Shown: one piece after another, positions 20,080 to 28,868 of the stretch
Layout of the letters: every line of letters begins with the position of its first letter
Numbering within the stretch: position 1 is the first letter of the stretch
Source: Trichomonas gallinae
Lineage: Eukaryota
NCBI GenBank assembly: GCA_008369845.1
Contig: MRSU01010799.1
Span: forward strand, 1 to 32,309
Direction: 5' to 3'
Length of the DNA: 32,309 bases
The notes under the pieces: model-generated
Seen by the model: only the letters and a program-made list of their open reading frames with translations
What the model was told of the DNA's origin: nothing
The model's database searches: none
Made by a program: the position numbers and the translations under genes

Positions 20080-22131
20080 TTAATCATCATGTGGCTTGAT
20101 CTGAATTCCTTTGATGATACCCTTATTGACGAGGAATTCCAAGTAGTGCAAATCGACTGGGTCTGTTGGGTAGGCGAGCTTGATGTCGAGAAGTCTCTCG
20201 GCATCCTTATCTCCTTTTGCTGGAGCTGGGATTGGGACCGGCTGGATGAGGTCCTCCTTGATTAAATTTGCGTGTGCTTCCTCCTTCTCCTTCTGTGCTC
20301 TCTTGATCTGCTGTGCGAGGATTACCTCGAATGGAGCGTTGAGCTTGGCCTCTCTTGTGGACTTCTGTGGCATGTTGAGCTTGGCAACTCTTGTGCCTTT
20401 GCCGCGGTTCTTCGGGGAGTGGAGTGGCATAACCTTTGGATCTGTCTCAGATGGCTGAGATGGTGGAGGTGGTGGGAGGAGAGCTGGCTTCTCGCTGTCG
20501 CTGTCCTTCTCGCTGTCGCCCTTTGGAACGTTGAGCTTGGCGACGCGTGGAGACTTGGCGGACTTGATAGCGGCGTCGATAACCTTCTCGATCTCTGAGA
20601 ATGACTTGAAGTGTGCGTGCTCGACTGGCTTGACGTTCTTCTGCTTGTCTGGCATGTTGTAGCTGAGCTTTGGATCAGCACCAGCGTGGATCAATGTCTT
20701 GACGCACTCGAGGTTGCCAGCTTCGATAGCGGCACCGAGTGGTGTGATTGTGAAGTTCTCGTTGACGTCGCCGCCGTGTTCGAGGAGGAACTGAAGGATC
20801 TGGTTGCTGCCGTTTGTTGCAGCCATTGTGAGTGGTGTCTGGTTGCCGTGGGATGGGCCTTGTTCTGCGCCGTTGTTGATGAGGATCTCGACCATCTTCT
20901 GGTTCTTTGCCTGGACTGCGTAGAGTAATGGGGACATCTGTGGGAACTCGTTGACCTTGGCACCCTTGTTGATCATCTCTGTGAGGATTTCTGGCTGATC
21001 CTTAAGGATTGCGAGAACAAGGATTGGATATTCTTCGCCGTTAGCATCCTTGTAGATTCTGTTGACGTCGACACCATGCTCGAGGAGGGCGGAAGCGGCC
21101 TTTGGCTTGTCGTTCTTGAGAGCGTAAGCCAATAAGCTGTTCTCAGAGTCTGCATTAACATCGAAGGCGTGCTCGACCAATGACTTGATGCAATCTGCGC
21201 TTTCGTTGTTGACAGCCTCGAGGAGGGCGTTGTACTTGCCCTCTGGGTTGAATTCCTCGCTATCGTCGATCAAAGCGAATTCAGCACCCTGTGTTGGCTT
21301 AGTAAGCTTGAGTGTCTTGAAGCAGTACTTTGTGAGGGTGTAGTCGTTGATGTGGACGGCGAAGTCAACGAGAAGCTGTGGCTTTCTGTCGAGACCAATC
21401 TTGTTGGCAACGAAATAGTTGAAAACTGTGAAGTTTCCGTTGAAAACGAGTGTAGCTGGGATGACATCCTCTGTCCAGTCGTATTTAGAGGCGAGCCAAT
21501 CAAGAATTGAGTTATTGTGAGCAAGAATTGCTTCTACGTGGGCTCCCTTGAGGTTTCCCTTCATCGAATCAACTGCCTGTATGAGCTCGAGGTTGCCGCC
21601 AAGTGCTGCCTTGCGAGCACTCTCTTCTGAAATTTTGGCGCCATGTGAAGTAAGGAACTTGAAGCACTTAATTGAGCCGTGTGCGCATGCCAAGTTGAGC
21701 CACTCCTGTGTTCTAGTGGATTCTACCTCTTTGTGGTCCGAGTTCTGGAAGAAATCGACTAATTCAGAAACATTGTCGTCAATGATGCTGAATTCGATTT
21801 TAGAGAAGTTCATATCATCGAAGTTGATCCAGGAAGACTTGAGGGAAGCGAACTTCGAATACTTTGGGTATAACGAAACAAGTACACTTAAGAGACTCGA
21901 CAAGGCCAAGTTCTGTCTTAACTTGTACTTCCTGCACTTCTCAATGAGGAGGTATACGAAGTTTAAGGTCACGCGGCCGCTCTGAATCTTTTCATTAATA
22001 ATTTTAGAGGTCTGGTCAACAGTTTGGGCCTGGATTTCCCATATTAGGTTCTCGACCTCGCAGTAGTCACGGAATTGCTCCTGAATTTCCGTCTTGGCGA
22101 TTGTTTTTTGATTATGTTTTTGCTTCGTCAT
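20080..22131 (-). CDS. Ankyrin-repeat protein with DUF3447-like N-terminal region and low-complexity tail (683 aa)
   Basis: LNLACAHGSIKCFKFL / AALGGNLELI / AILAHNNSILDWL (trichomonad DUF3447-type pattern), then canonical repeats (SPLLYAV, TPLTMAATNGSNQILQFLLEHGGDVN, TPLGAAIEAGNLECVKTLIHAGADP). Confidence 0.93.
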   Translation of the reverse strand: MTKQKHNQKTIAKTEIQEQFRDYCEVENLIWEIQAQTVDQTSKIINEKIQSGRVTLNFVYLLIEKCRKYKLRQNLALSSLLSVLVSLYPKYSKFASLKSSWINFDDMNFSKIEFSIIDDNVSELVDFFQNSDHKEVESTRTQEWLNLACAHGSIKCFKFLTSHGAKISEESARKAALGGNLELIQAVDSMKGNLKGAHVEAILAHNNSILDWLASKYDWTEDVIPATLVFNGNFTVFNYFVANKIGLDRKPQLLVDFAVHINDYTLTKYCFKTLKLTKPTQGAEFALIDDSEEFNPEGKYNALLEAVNNESADCIKSLVEHAFDVNADSENSLLAYALKNDKPKAASALLEHGVDVNRIYKDANGEEYPILVLAILKDQPEILTEMINKGAKVNEFPQMSPLLYAVQAKNQKMVEILINNGAEQGPSHGNQTPLTMAATNGSNQILQFLLEHGGDVNENFTITPLGAAIEAGNLECVKTLIHAGADPKLSYNMPDKQKNVKPVEHAHFKSFSEIEKVIDAAIKSAKSPRVAKLNVPKGDSEKDSDSEKPALLPPPPPSQPSETDPKVMPLHSPKNRGKGTRVAKLNMPQKSTREAKLNAPFEVILAQQIKRAQKEKEEAHANLIKEDLIQPVPIPAPAKGDKDAERLLDIKLAYPTDPVDLHYLEFLVNKGIIKGIQIKPHDD

Positions 22132-22146
22132 TTTATAATAATTTCT

Positions 22147-22154
22147 GTCACTTT
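22147..22154 (-). promoter_or_regulatory. AAAGTGAC ATG-proximal element (M2-like)
   Basis: GTCACTTT on +, 15 nt upstream of ATG 22131. Confidence 0.6.
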
Positions 22155-22869
22155 TGTATCAGTTAAACAAAACAACAAACTTTTTGTAGATTTGTGTCCT
22201 TCATCATTTCGCGGTGTTAAATAAATGGATATACGAGGCAGACCTTCCCGCCATTTACAAGTCATATTTGACACGTTCTGCCAATGTAAAGTCTTGGAAT
22301 CCATCGATTTAAACACGATATTTGGGTTGAGAATATATAAGGTGACTCATATTTGCAGCAAAATCTGCTAATTTCAAAATTTACGAATTCTCTGAATTAT
22401 CCCGCCAAAAATGATTTTATTTCATTTTCTCATTAAAACAGCATAATAGACACTATCGTGTGATGTTGGTAAGCAAATTTTGATCCAACACCGCACATTT
22501 TATTTTTTTCGTGATAAAATTGGATTCTTATATGGGTAAATATATAGTATTTCTGGTCATTTCGATAAAATACGGATTAAATTACCGATCTCACAGAATT
22601 TCGAAAATTTTTGGAAAAAATCGTTGAATTATTAAGCTATAATTCAAACTATTAAATATTTTAAATGCAAATCCACTTTTTAAAAACCCCGCCAAAACTA
22701 CACATCATGAAATTTTGATTATTTATTAAAAAAGATAAATTTTTCTTCTTTGATAAATTGCACATTTATTAACTTTTGATAAATTTCGAAATATATGATG
22801 ATTTATTGTATATAGAACATAAATAAATCGATTTTGCTGATTAAGATTTAAAAATGTGACAGTTTTTGG

Positions 22870-23352
22870 ATGGGTGGAAAGTCATTCAAGCAACTGATTC
22901 TTACTCCTTTTACAGAAACAGAATTGGCTCCTCCTGAATTATACACGCCATTTTCTACAATAAAAATCCCTTCGCTCTTCATTTGCATGTTAATTGTTTC
23001 AATTTCTTTCTTATTCATTGCAGGTGGCCAAATTTACTGCTGGGTGCAAAATATGCCTTTCATGCCAACAATTATGGGCGAAAATGGTCAGCCAAAAGTC
23101 ATCATTTTCCATCCTGAATCCAGTGGTCAAGTCGGTGCAGAAGGATTCCTCGCTAGCGGTGTTTACCTCTTGACTTCTCTCTCTTTAATCGCCGGAGTTT
23201 ACTCATTAAAATTTGGCACAAAAAAGAATACTCATGATGAAATTCTCGAGACATTGGTTACCATCTTCGCCTACACTACCCCATTATGGGTCTTTATGTC
23301 AGTTTTAGTCTTTAGAGGAAAGGTTCCATCATATTTGCCTCAGCCATTCTAA
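22870..23352 (+). CDS. OSTC: Oligosaccharyltransferase subunit OSTC/DC2-like (OST3/OST6 family TM module, 160 aa)
   Basis: PF...P...IPS, SFLFIAGGQIY, GENGQPKVIIF, SGQVGAEGFLAS and VFRGKVPSYL align by eye with DC2 (SYFLITGGIIY, NGQYIMEGLAS, VFMRMKLPGYL). Three TM helices and no thioredoxin domain. Confidence 0.85.
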   Translation: MGGKSFKQLILTPFTETELAPPELYTPFSTIKIPSLFICMLIVSISFLFIAGGQIYCWVQNMPFMPTIMGENGQPKVIIFHPESSGQVGAEGFLASGVYLLTSLSLIAGVYSLKFGTKKNTHDEILETLVTIFAYTTPLWVFMSVLVFRGKVPSYLPQPF

Positions 23353-23801
23353 TTTTTTTGACGATTTGTTTTATTAATCCAATAAATACCTTTACTAATC
23401 ACAGCAAAAATCATATCCATCAAAATCAAAAAATGATATAATTTTTTTGAATTAGTTTTCTAATGGAAAACTTTGCTTAAAACCATTTCTATGCAGCAAT
23501 ATTTGCTCATATATCAGATGATTTCGACTTAAAATTTCAATTTTTGAATTTGATATTTTAAATTTAAGTTGTATATGTCTTTTTTTACAATATATATTGA
23601 GAATAGCAACAAAATATTTGTATATAGTTTATGTTTACACGATAATATATTGACGAAATATTGAAAATATGCATGGATAATAATAAAGTTATAAATATAC
23701 ATATACTGATCGAATACAAGTATATATAGCAAAGCTAACACTTAAATTCTGATTTGAATATTTTGGAATTTTGAATGGACTTGAATATCATTGAATTATC
23801 C

Positions 23802-24329
23802 TTAATAACCAAAATTATTATTGCCAAAAACGGCGGGATTAAAGCCGTTATCAGCGTTTGAGTATCCAAATCCATTGAAATTTTCGGAACCGAGGTTAAA
23901 GCCTGCAGCACCAAAGCTATTTGTTGATGTTCCTGCAGACACACCATTAAACATGCCCTCTGTGCTCAATCCACCAAAACCAGAAAATCCTCCGCCAGCA
24001 CCAAATGAGTAATTTCCAAAGTTTCCAAAAGTAAACTCGGACTCTCCAGACTGTGTTGCTAGTGTGAATTCATCCATTAGACCCGATGAAGGGAGTTCTG
24101 GTTCAAGTGTATACATAGGCTTCTTTTCAGGATCATAATTGCGAAGCCTAGATGAATTTGGTAATCTCGCTTTTGAAAATCGCGTTTTTTCTTTGGATTC
24201 ATTTATAACTTGATTATTTGCCGTTCTTCTATTGCTTACCTTTTTAAATATATTCTTCCTGAGCACAGCTGCTTCTGATTGCGACGTATCATAGTCAGTT
24301 ACAGAATGAACATGATTCGTATTTTTCAT
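23802..24329 (-). CDS. Hypothetical protein with basic N-terminus and Gly/Phe/Asn-rich low-complexity C-terminus (175 aa)
   Basis: ATG-initiated ORF, higher GC than its flanks, Inr-like TCATA at 24337-24341 and upstream motif array. Confidence 0.75.
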   Translation of the reverse strand: MKNTNHVHSVTDYDTSQSEAAVLRKNIFKKVSNRRTANNQVINESKEKTRFSKARLPNSSRLRNYDPEKKPMYTLEPELPSSGLMDEFTLATQSGESEFTFGNFGNYSFGAGGGFSGFGGLSTEGMFNGVSAGTSTNSFGAAGFNLGSENFNGFGYSNADNGFNPAVFGNNNFGY

Positions 24330-24358
24330 TTTCAGTTATGAAACTTACGTTTACAAAA

Positions 24359-24471
24359 TTACATGTCAAATATAATTAATTTAATATTTTACATGGCGGA
24401 AATATGTAATTACATGTCAAATAAAATATTTTTTAATCTTTTACGTGTCAAAACTATTTAATTACATGTCA
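24359..24471 (-). promoter_or_regulatory. Array of five TGACATGTAA-like motifs upstream of the 23802..24329 gene
   Basis: TTACATGTCA at 24359, 24410 and 24462, TTACATGGCG at 24389, TTACGTGTCA at 24441 (+ strand), all in the gene's sense orientation like the 16.1-kb array. Confidence 0.7.
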
Positions 24472-25594
24472 AATAAGATATCATCAGCATTTGAATCATT
24501 TTCATGCCATTTGCTGACATTCTAATCTATTTATAACTCGAAAATCCTTCAATTCCATCATATAGTATTTGATATCCTATTTTAAATCGTTATATTAACA
24601 TATAACACACTTAAATCAGCAATTCAAACATTACATATTCATAATGTAATCCTACAAAGCTTATTTCCTATTCGAAATGTAGAAATATATTTAAATAGTA
24701 CTTCAAAAGTTCATTAAGACAGCATTCACTATAAAAACAATTATATATGTTTGATATCTGTTGATAATCAGTTGGATGCAATAAATTTGGAAATCAATAG
24801 CACAAAATTTCAAAAATTTTCCCAAATCCAACAATTATCAATGCTATATTTGCAGCAACAGATATTAGTTCATTCTTTTCCCCGTCATATCGTTAATTTT
24901 GAGGGTCCATTGTGAAAAGTATTTTTACTACCCCATTGAAATTTGAATCGTCCAAAGAAAATTAGAATACTGATCGAGATACTGTATATTTGATATATAT
25001 CAAAGTTTCGAATTCGTTTCAATCATTCTTTTCAATTTTTACATAGAATTTTCAAATTTGTTTATCCTTCATCACATGCAATAAAAGTTTTTTTTTTTTT
25101 TTTGATGAAAAAATTCTGAATTTTGGTTTTTTGATTTAAATTTATGATTATGATATTATCTAGTTCCAAATATTAAGAAATACATTTTAAGTTCTCAAAA
25201 TTAATTTTCGTTGAAAACATCGGCGTTTAGCGAATGCATGATAATATGAAATACAGGATTTTTTCTCAAATTTTTATATTTTGAGGGACTTCTCTGAAAG
25301 TGTTAATGCTCTCAAAAGAATATATCACCTCTATAATGTCAATACTTCAATATTTCACGAGAGAAATAATTTATTTTTTCAATATTGAATTAAATTATTT
25401 TTTGAATTTACTCCAATTTTTCTATTCAATTCAAATTAATTATTCCTCATTAAAACATCCATATTCAAATATCTTAAATTCTTGTTTTAAATGGTCAAAT
25501 CATTCAAAAGTATGAAATCGGAATAATGCATTGTTACCATTTATTGGATGAAATGAAAATAAATTACAAAATTTAAAAAATATTAACACTAAAA

Positions 25595-26500
25595 ATGAAT
25601 GATAGAGATGAATGTTATGTTAAAATGAGCAACTTGCAGTTCAAAGATGTTATTGGATGGGGTGCGAGTGGTGTAGTGTATTTGGTATTCGATCCGCAGT
25701 ACAAAAGAGAATTTGCATTAAAATCTGTCTTAGAGTCCAAGTTTAATCAGAACGAGATAGATAGTATGAAAGAAGTGGATGACCAAAATGTAATCCAGTT
25801 GTACAAATATGATTATTACGATGGCTCAGTCTATTTACTGATGGAACATTGCCCAATGAGTTTGGAGAAATATATGAAGAAGCGTGATGCATTTAAGTGG
25901 TCAACAATCATAAAATACTCTATAGGAATCCTTAAAGCAATAAGAGCCTGTCATCAGCATTCAATTGCGCATTTAGACATAAAACCAGCCAACTTCCTCA
26001 TCGACAAGTACGACAGGATCAGAGTCTGCGATTTCGGATTGAGCTCAAAGCACAAACCGTGGGAAATGGATTCGCAATATGCTGGTTCAGTACCTTTCAT
26101 GGCCCCAGAAATCATTGCACAGATTCCTCACGATTCCTTCAAAGCGGATATATGGGCAATAGGTGTCACTCTATTTATCCTAGCCACTGGCAAGCTCCCA
26201 TGGGCAGGCGACGACAGACAAACACTCATGCAAAATTCGATGAATCAAAATCCAAGATTGGAGCTGATTGAAAGGGCTGACTTCAGGGAGGCAGTTGGCC
26301 AATGTCTTATGAAGAATCCGGATCATAGGCCAACGATCGAACAGTTGCTAAATCTACCGATTTTTAGAGAACAAATCTCAATTATCATACCTAAAGTCCA
26401 CAAATTCCCAATACTCAATAAGACTTGTATTAGACATCATTCACAATCAGCAGTTATTACACATCCTAGGGTCAAACGCATCAATTTGCAAGATATTTAA
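25595..26500 (+). CDS. Ser/Thr protein kinase, CAMK-like (301 aa), catalytic motifs intact
   Basis: IGWGASGVV, FALK, HLDIKPANFL, DFG, GSVPFMAPE, ADIWAIGV, HRPT. Confidence 0.95.
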   Translation: MNDRDECYVKMSNLQFKDVIGWGASGVVYLVFDPQYKREFALKSVLESKFNQNEIDSMKEVDDQNVIQLYKYDYYDGSVYLLMEHCPMSLEKYMKKRDAFKWSTIIKYSIGILKAIRACHQHSIAHLDIKPANFLIDKYDRIRVCDFGLSSKHKPWEMDSQYAGSVPFMAPEIIAQIPHDSFKADIWAIGVTLFILATGKLPWAGDDRQTLMQNSMNQNPRLELIERADFREAVGQCLMKNPDHRPTIEQLLNLPIFREQISIIIPKVHKFPILNKTCIRHHSQSAVITHPRVKRINLQDI

Positions 26501-26868
26501 TCTAATTTGATCTTTTTTTAACGCATTGCTTTTTAGCAGTTGCCAAGAATAATAATTTGTTAGTTGTTCTATGATTTTGTACTATTCTCATGTTATTTAT
26601 TTATTTTATTTGTATGATTAAACATTTCCATTAATGAATTGCGACTCTTTCATATAAAAAATATCAGATTAAATGTTCGGTGACAAATGATAGAATAGAT
26701 ATAAACAGTTCATCGAATTAAATTAAAAAAAATAATAAAATAAACAAAGTTTCCAATTGTAAATAGTAAAAACGGTCTCATATTTGGGAATTTCAATAAC
26801 TTATGAGAGTAATGGCCAATTAAAATTGTTGTAATCAGATTAGAATGTTCAATCTCTAAAAAAGCATG

Positions 26869-26987
26869 GATTTTTGGAAGGTTAACTGGGGTTGCGTATG
26901 TTACTGCACCCTTGCATAACTCCCATGTATCTGCCCTTTACAGAAGAAATAGTGAGACCACTCATATTCCAGGGAAAGAGCAATAAT
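26869..26987 (-). ncRNA. Candidate box H/ACA-like small RNA (two-hairpin)
   Basis: Hand folding gives two hairpins, each with lower stem, internal loop and upper stem. Hinge AGAUACA, AAA box 14 nt from the second upper stem, downstream T6, upstream TCATT and AAAGTGAC. Boxes are non-canonical. Confidence 0.6.
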
Positions 26988-27029
26988 GACCAAACCGTCA
27001 CTTTACGTGACAAATTGTTGTGTGTCATA

Positions 27030-27300
27030 TAAACTGAAGCATATATTAATGCTGTATTGCTGTAATAATCTTTTGCATTGGCATCTATTCCAGGCACTGT
27101 AAGAAAGAGTTCGACAACTTTATGATGGTCATTTATTGAAGCTCAATATATTCTGTTGCATTCATCTTTTGCTTTGACATATATATTCCAGGCACTGTAA
27201 GAAAGAGTTCGACAACTTTATGATGGTCATTTATTGAAGCTCAATATATATATTCCAGGAACTGTAAGAAAGTGTTTGATAATTTCATGATGACATTTTT
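27030..27300 (-). pseudogene. Ankyrin-repeat gene remnant with internal duplication
   Basis: Minus strand encodes fragments HHEIIKHFLTVPGI, ASINDHHKVVELFLTVPGI (x2) and DANAKDYYSNTALIYAS; frame-disrupted. Same subfamily as 15275..15827. Confidence 0.8.
27086..27249. repeat. Perfect 66-bp direct repeat (98-bp period) plus degenerate third copy at 27251-27294
   Basis: TATTCCAGGCACTGTAAGAAAGAGTTCGACAACTTTATGATGGTCATTTATTGAAGCTCAATATAT at 27086-27151 and 27184-27249. Confidence 0.9.
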
Positions 27301-27737
27301 TCTGTATTGACATCAAAACGTTGAATATTGAGGATAATTGCCAAAAACTCAGAATAAAACAATCAAAGATAGTTCCATCATTTAGGTCCTTGACATTGAA
27401 CATTTTATGATTGATAACAAAATTCTTGGAATCAAAATCCTATTCCACTGTGTTGCGTTCTAAAATATATATATAAAATTTCATTGTTAAATTCTTGAAT
27501 ATCGCTATTGACTGATCATCATAGAACAACTATCATATTATTATTCTATGATAGTCGCTGGGAAAGCGAAAAATCATGGTTATCTACATCTTTATTTTCG
27601 AAAGATTCCACTATGATGGTAGTAAAATGATATTATTCTAGGTTAAAGAGTTAACCGATTTCTGGATTTCGATATATGAATTATATTATAAGATTGTTTA
27701 CAACAAGATTTTTTGACAACAAAGTCGTCAAATATGG

Positions 27738-28397
27738 TTACTGTGGAAGGTGAACATTTCCTTGATGTGAAATGTGCCCGATGATGCTGATGTCGTCATC
27801 ATCATCGTGGTAGGATACAAAGTCGTCGTCTGACGAATCCCCTAAAATATCTCCATATAGCTCAATTTTGTTGAGTGCTATGCAAGGAGGATCTCCGGGG
27901 CAAGCCTTTGTCTGTATCAGGCGGACATACTTCGCATCGTATGGTTTGTCAAGTGTGAACGTTTTCTCAGCGCAATATTCGAGAGTTCTGTCTTTCTCAA
28001 CTTTATGAGCTTCTGTCCAAGTTTTGTTGTCATTGGAAACCTGCAGGGACCAGCTGTATAGGCAGCAATGGACGCAGTAACCTGCTTCTGCGCAGCAGCA
28101 TCCATCATAGCAGCAGCCTGCCTTGATAAAATAAGACGAAAGTCGAATTCTTCTATTTTCAAGCGAGAACGTTATCCATGGGAAATCTGTATCTGTTACT
28201 CCACAGTTTGAACACCAATCATACCGTTTATCTACTTGATCGAATGCGTATTCGGGTTTTGTCATTTGCCTTGACCCGTTAATCCTCTGTTTGCTTGATC
28301 CACTTGCTGAGTATCTCAATATTTTGTCGTTGTAGCCTATTTTTAGTATCGACTTTGCCTCGCTTCTCACGAGTTGCAGTAAAAAAATCAAAATCAT
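27738..28397 (-). CDS. Secreted-type F5/8 type C (discoidin / galactose-binding-like) domain protein, Cys-rich (219 aa)
   Basis: PEYAFD, DWCS, PWITFSL, SWSLQVSNDNKTWT, AKYVRLIQT, IALNKIELYG; hydrophobic leader MILIFLLQLV; Inr-like TCATT at 28412-28416. Confidence 0.9.
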   Translation of the reverse strand: MILIFLLQLVRSEAKSILKIGYNDKILRYSASGSSKQRINGSRQMTKPEYAFDQVDKRYDWCSNCGVTDTDFPWITFSLENRRIRLSSYFIKAGCCYDGCCCAEAGYCVHCCLYSWSLQVSNDNKTWTEAHKVEKDRTLEYCAEKTFTLDKPYDAKYVRLIQTKACPGDPPCIALNKIELYGDILGDSSDDDFVSYHDDDDDISIIGHISHQGNVHLPQ

Positions 28398-28557
28398 CAA
28401 AATCTGAAAAAAATGACAAATTCATTTCACCTCAATTTTTATCGTCTTCTTAATAAAGATTTTAGCTGATTTAACATCAAAATATATGTTATCTTCTTGT
28501 TTCTTATTGATTTATTATCGAATTTTTGAAAATTTTCGAGATTTAATAAATTTTGTA

Positions 28558-28776
28558 AAATTTATAACAAGAATAGAATAATGTTGTATTATAAAAAGTG
28601 GAGTTATACTTGTGTTCATTCTGAATCTATTAATAACTCTCATTATTTAGGATTTCCATAAATTTATGATAAGAATGGAATCATGTTATATTGTAAAAAG
28701 TGAAAGTATCCATCTGTGTATTTTGAATCAATTCATAACTCTTTTGATTTAAGATTTCGATAAATTTATGATAAGA
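28558..28776. repeat. Degenerate 102-bp tandem repeat, ~2.1 copies
   Basis: AAATTTAT(AAC/GAT)AAGA recurs at 28558, 28660 and 28762, with collinear similarity throughout (AAAAAGTG, TGAATC, ATAACTCT, GATTTC). Confidence 0.8.
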
Positions 28777-28868
28777 TTATAACAAAAATATTTGGTATTT
28801 CGGTTTAATTGGGCGTGTAATATATATATATAGCAAGCACCAAGTTCTAAAAATTTTTTTTCGGAAAA

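Noticed and set aside
16715..21985. Numerous antisense and alternate-frame ORFs over the coiled-coil and ankyrin genes (e.g. 18785..19411, 21548..21985, 20322..20681)
   Set aside because: Shadows of GC3-rich codon usage in the real genes; low-complexity products, many with non-ATG starts.
9812..25103. Homopolymer runs A15 (9812-9826) and T16 (25088-25103) as retroposon tails
   Set aside because: No target-site duplications or recognisable element body.
3866..25515. Short intergenic ORFs (3866, 8967, 9294, 9530, 15772, 19661, 22128, 23529, 25300)
   Set aside because: F/I/L/N/K-rich translations expected from AT-rich DNA, with no recognisable motifs.
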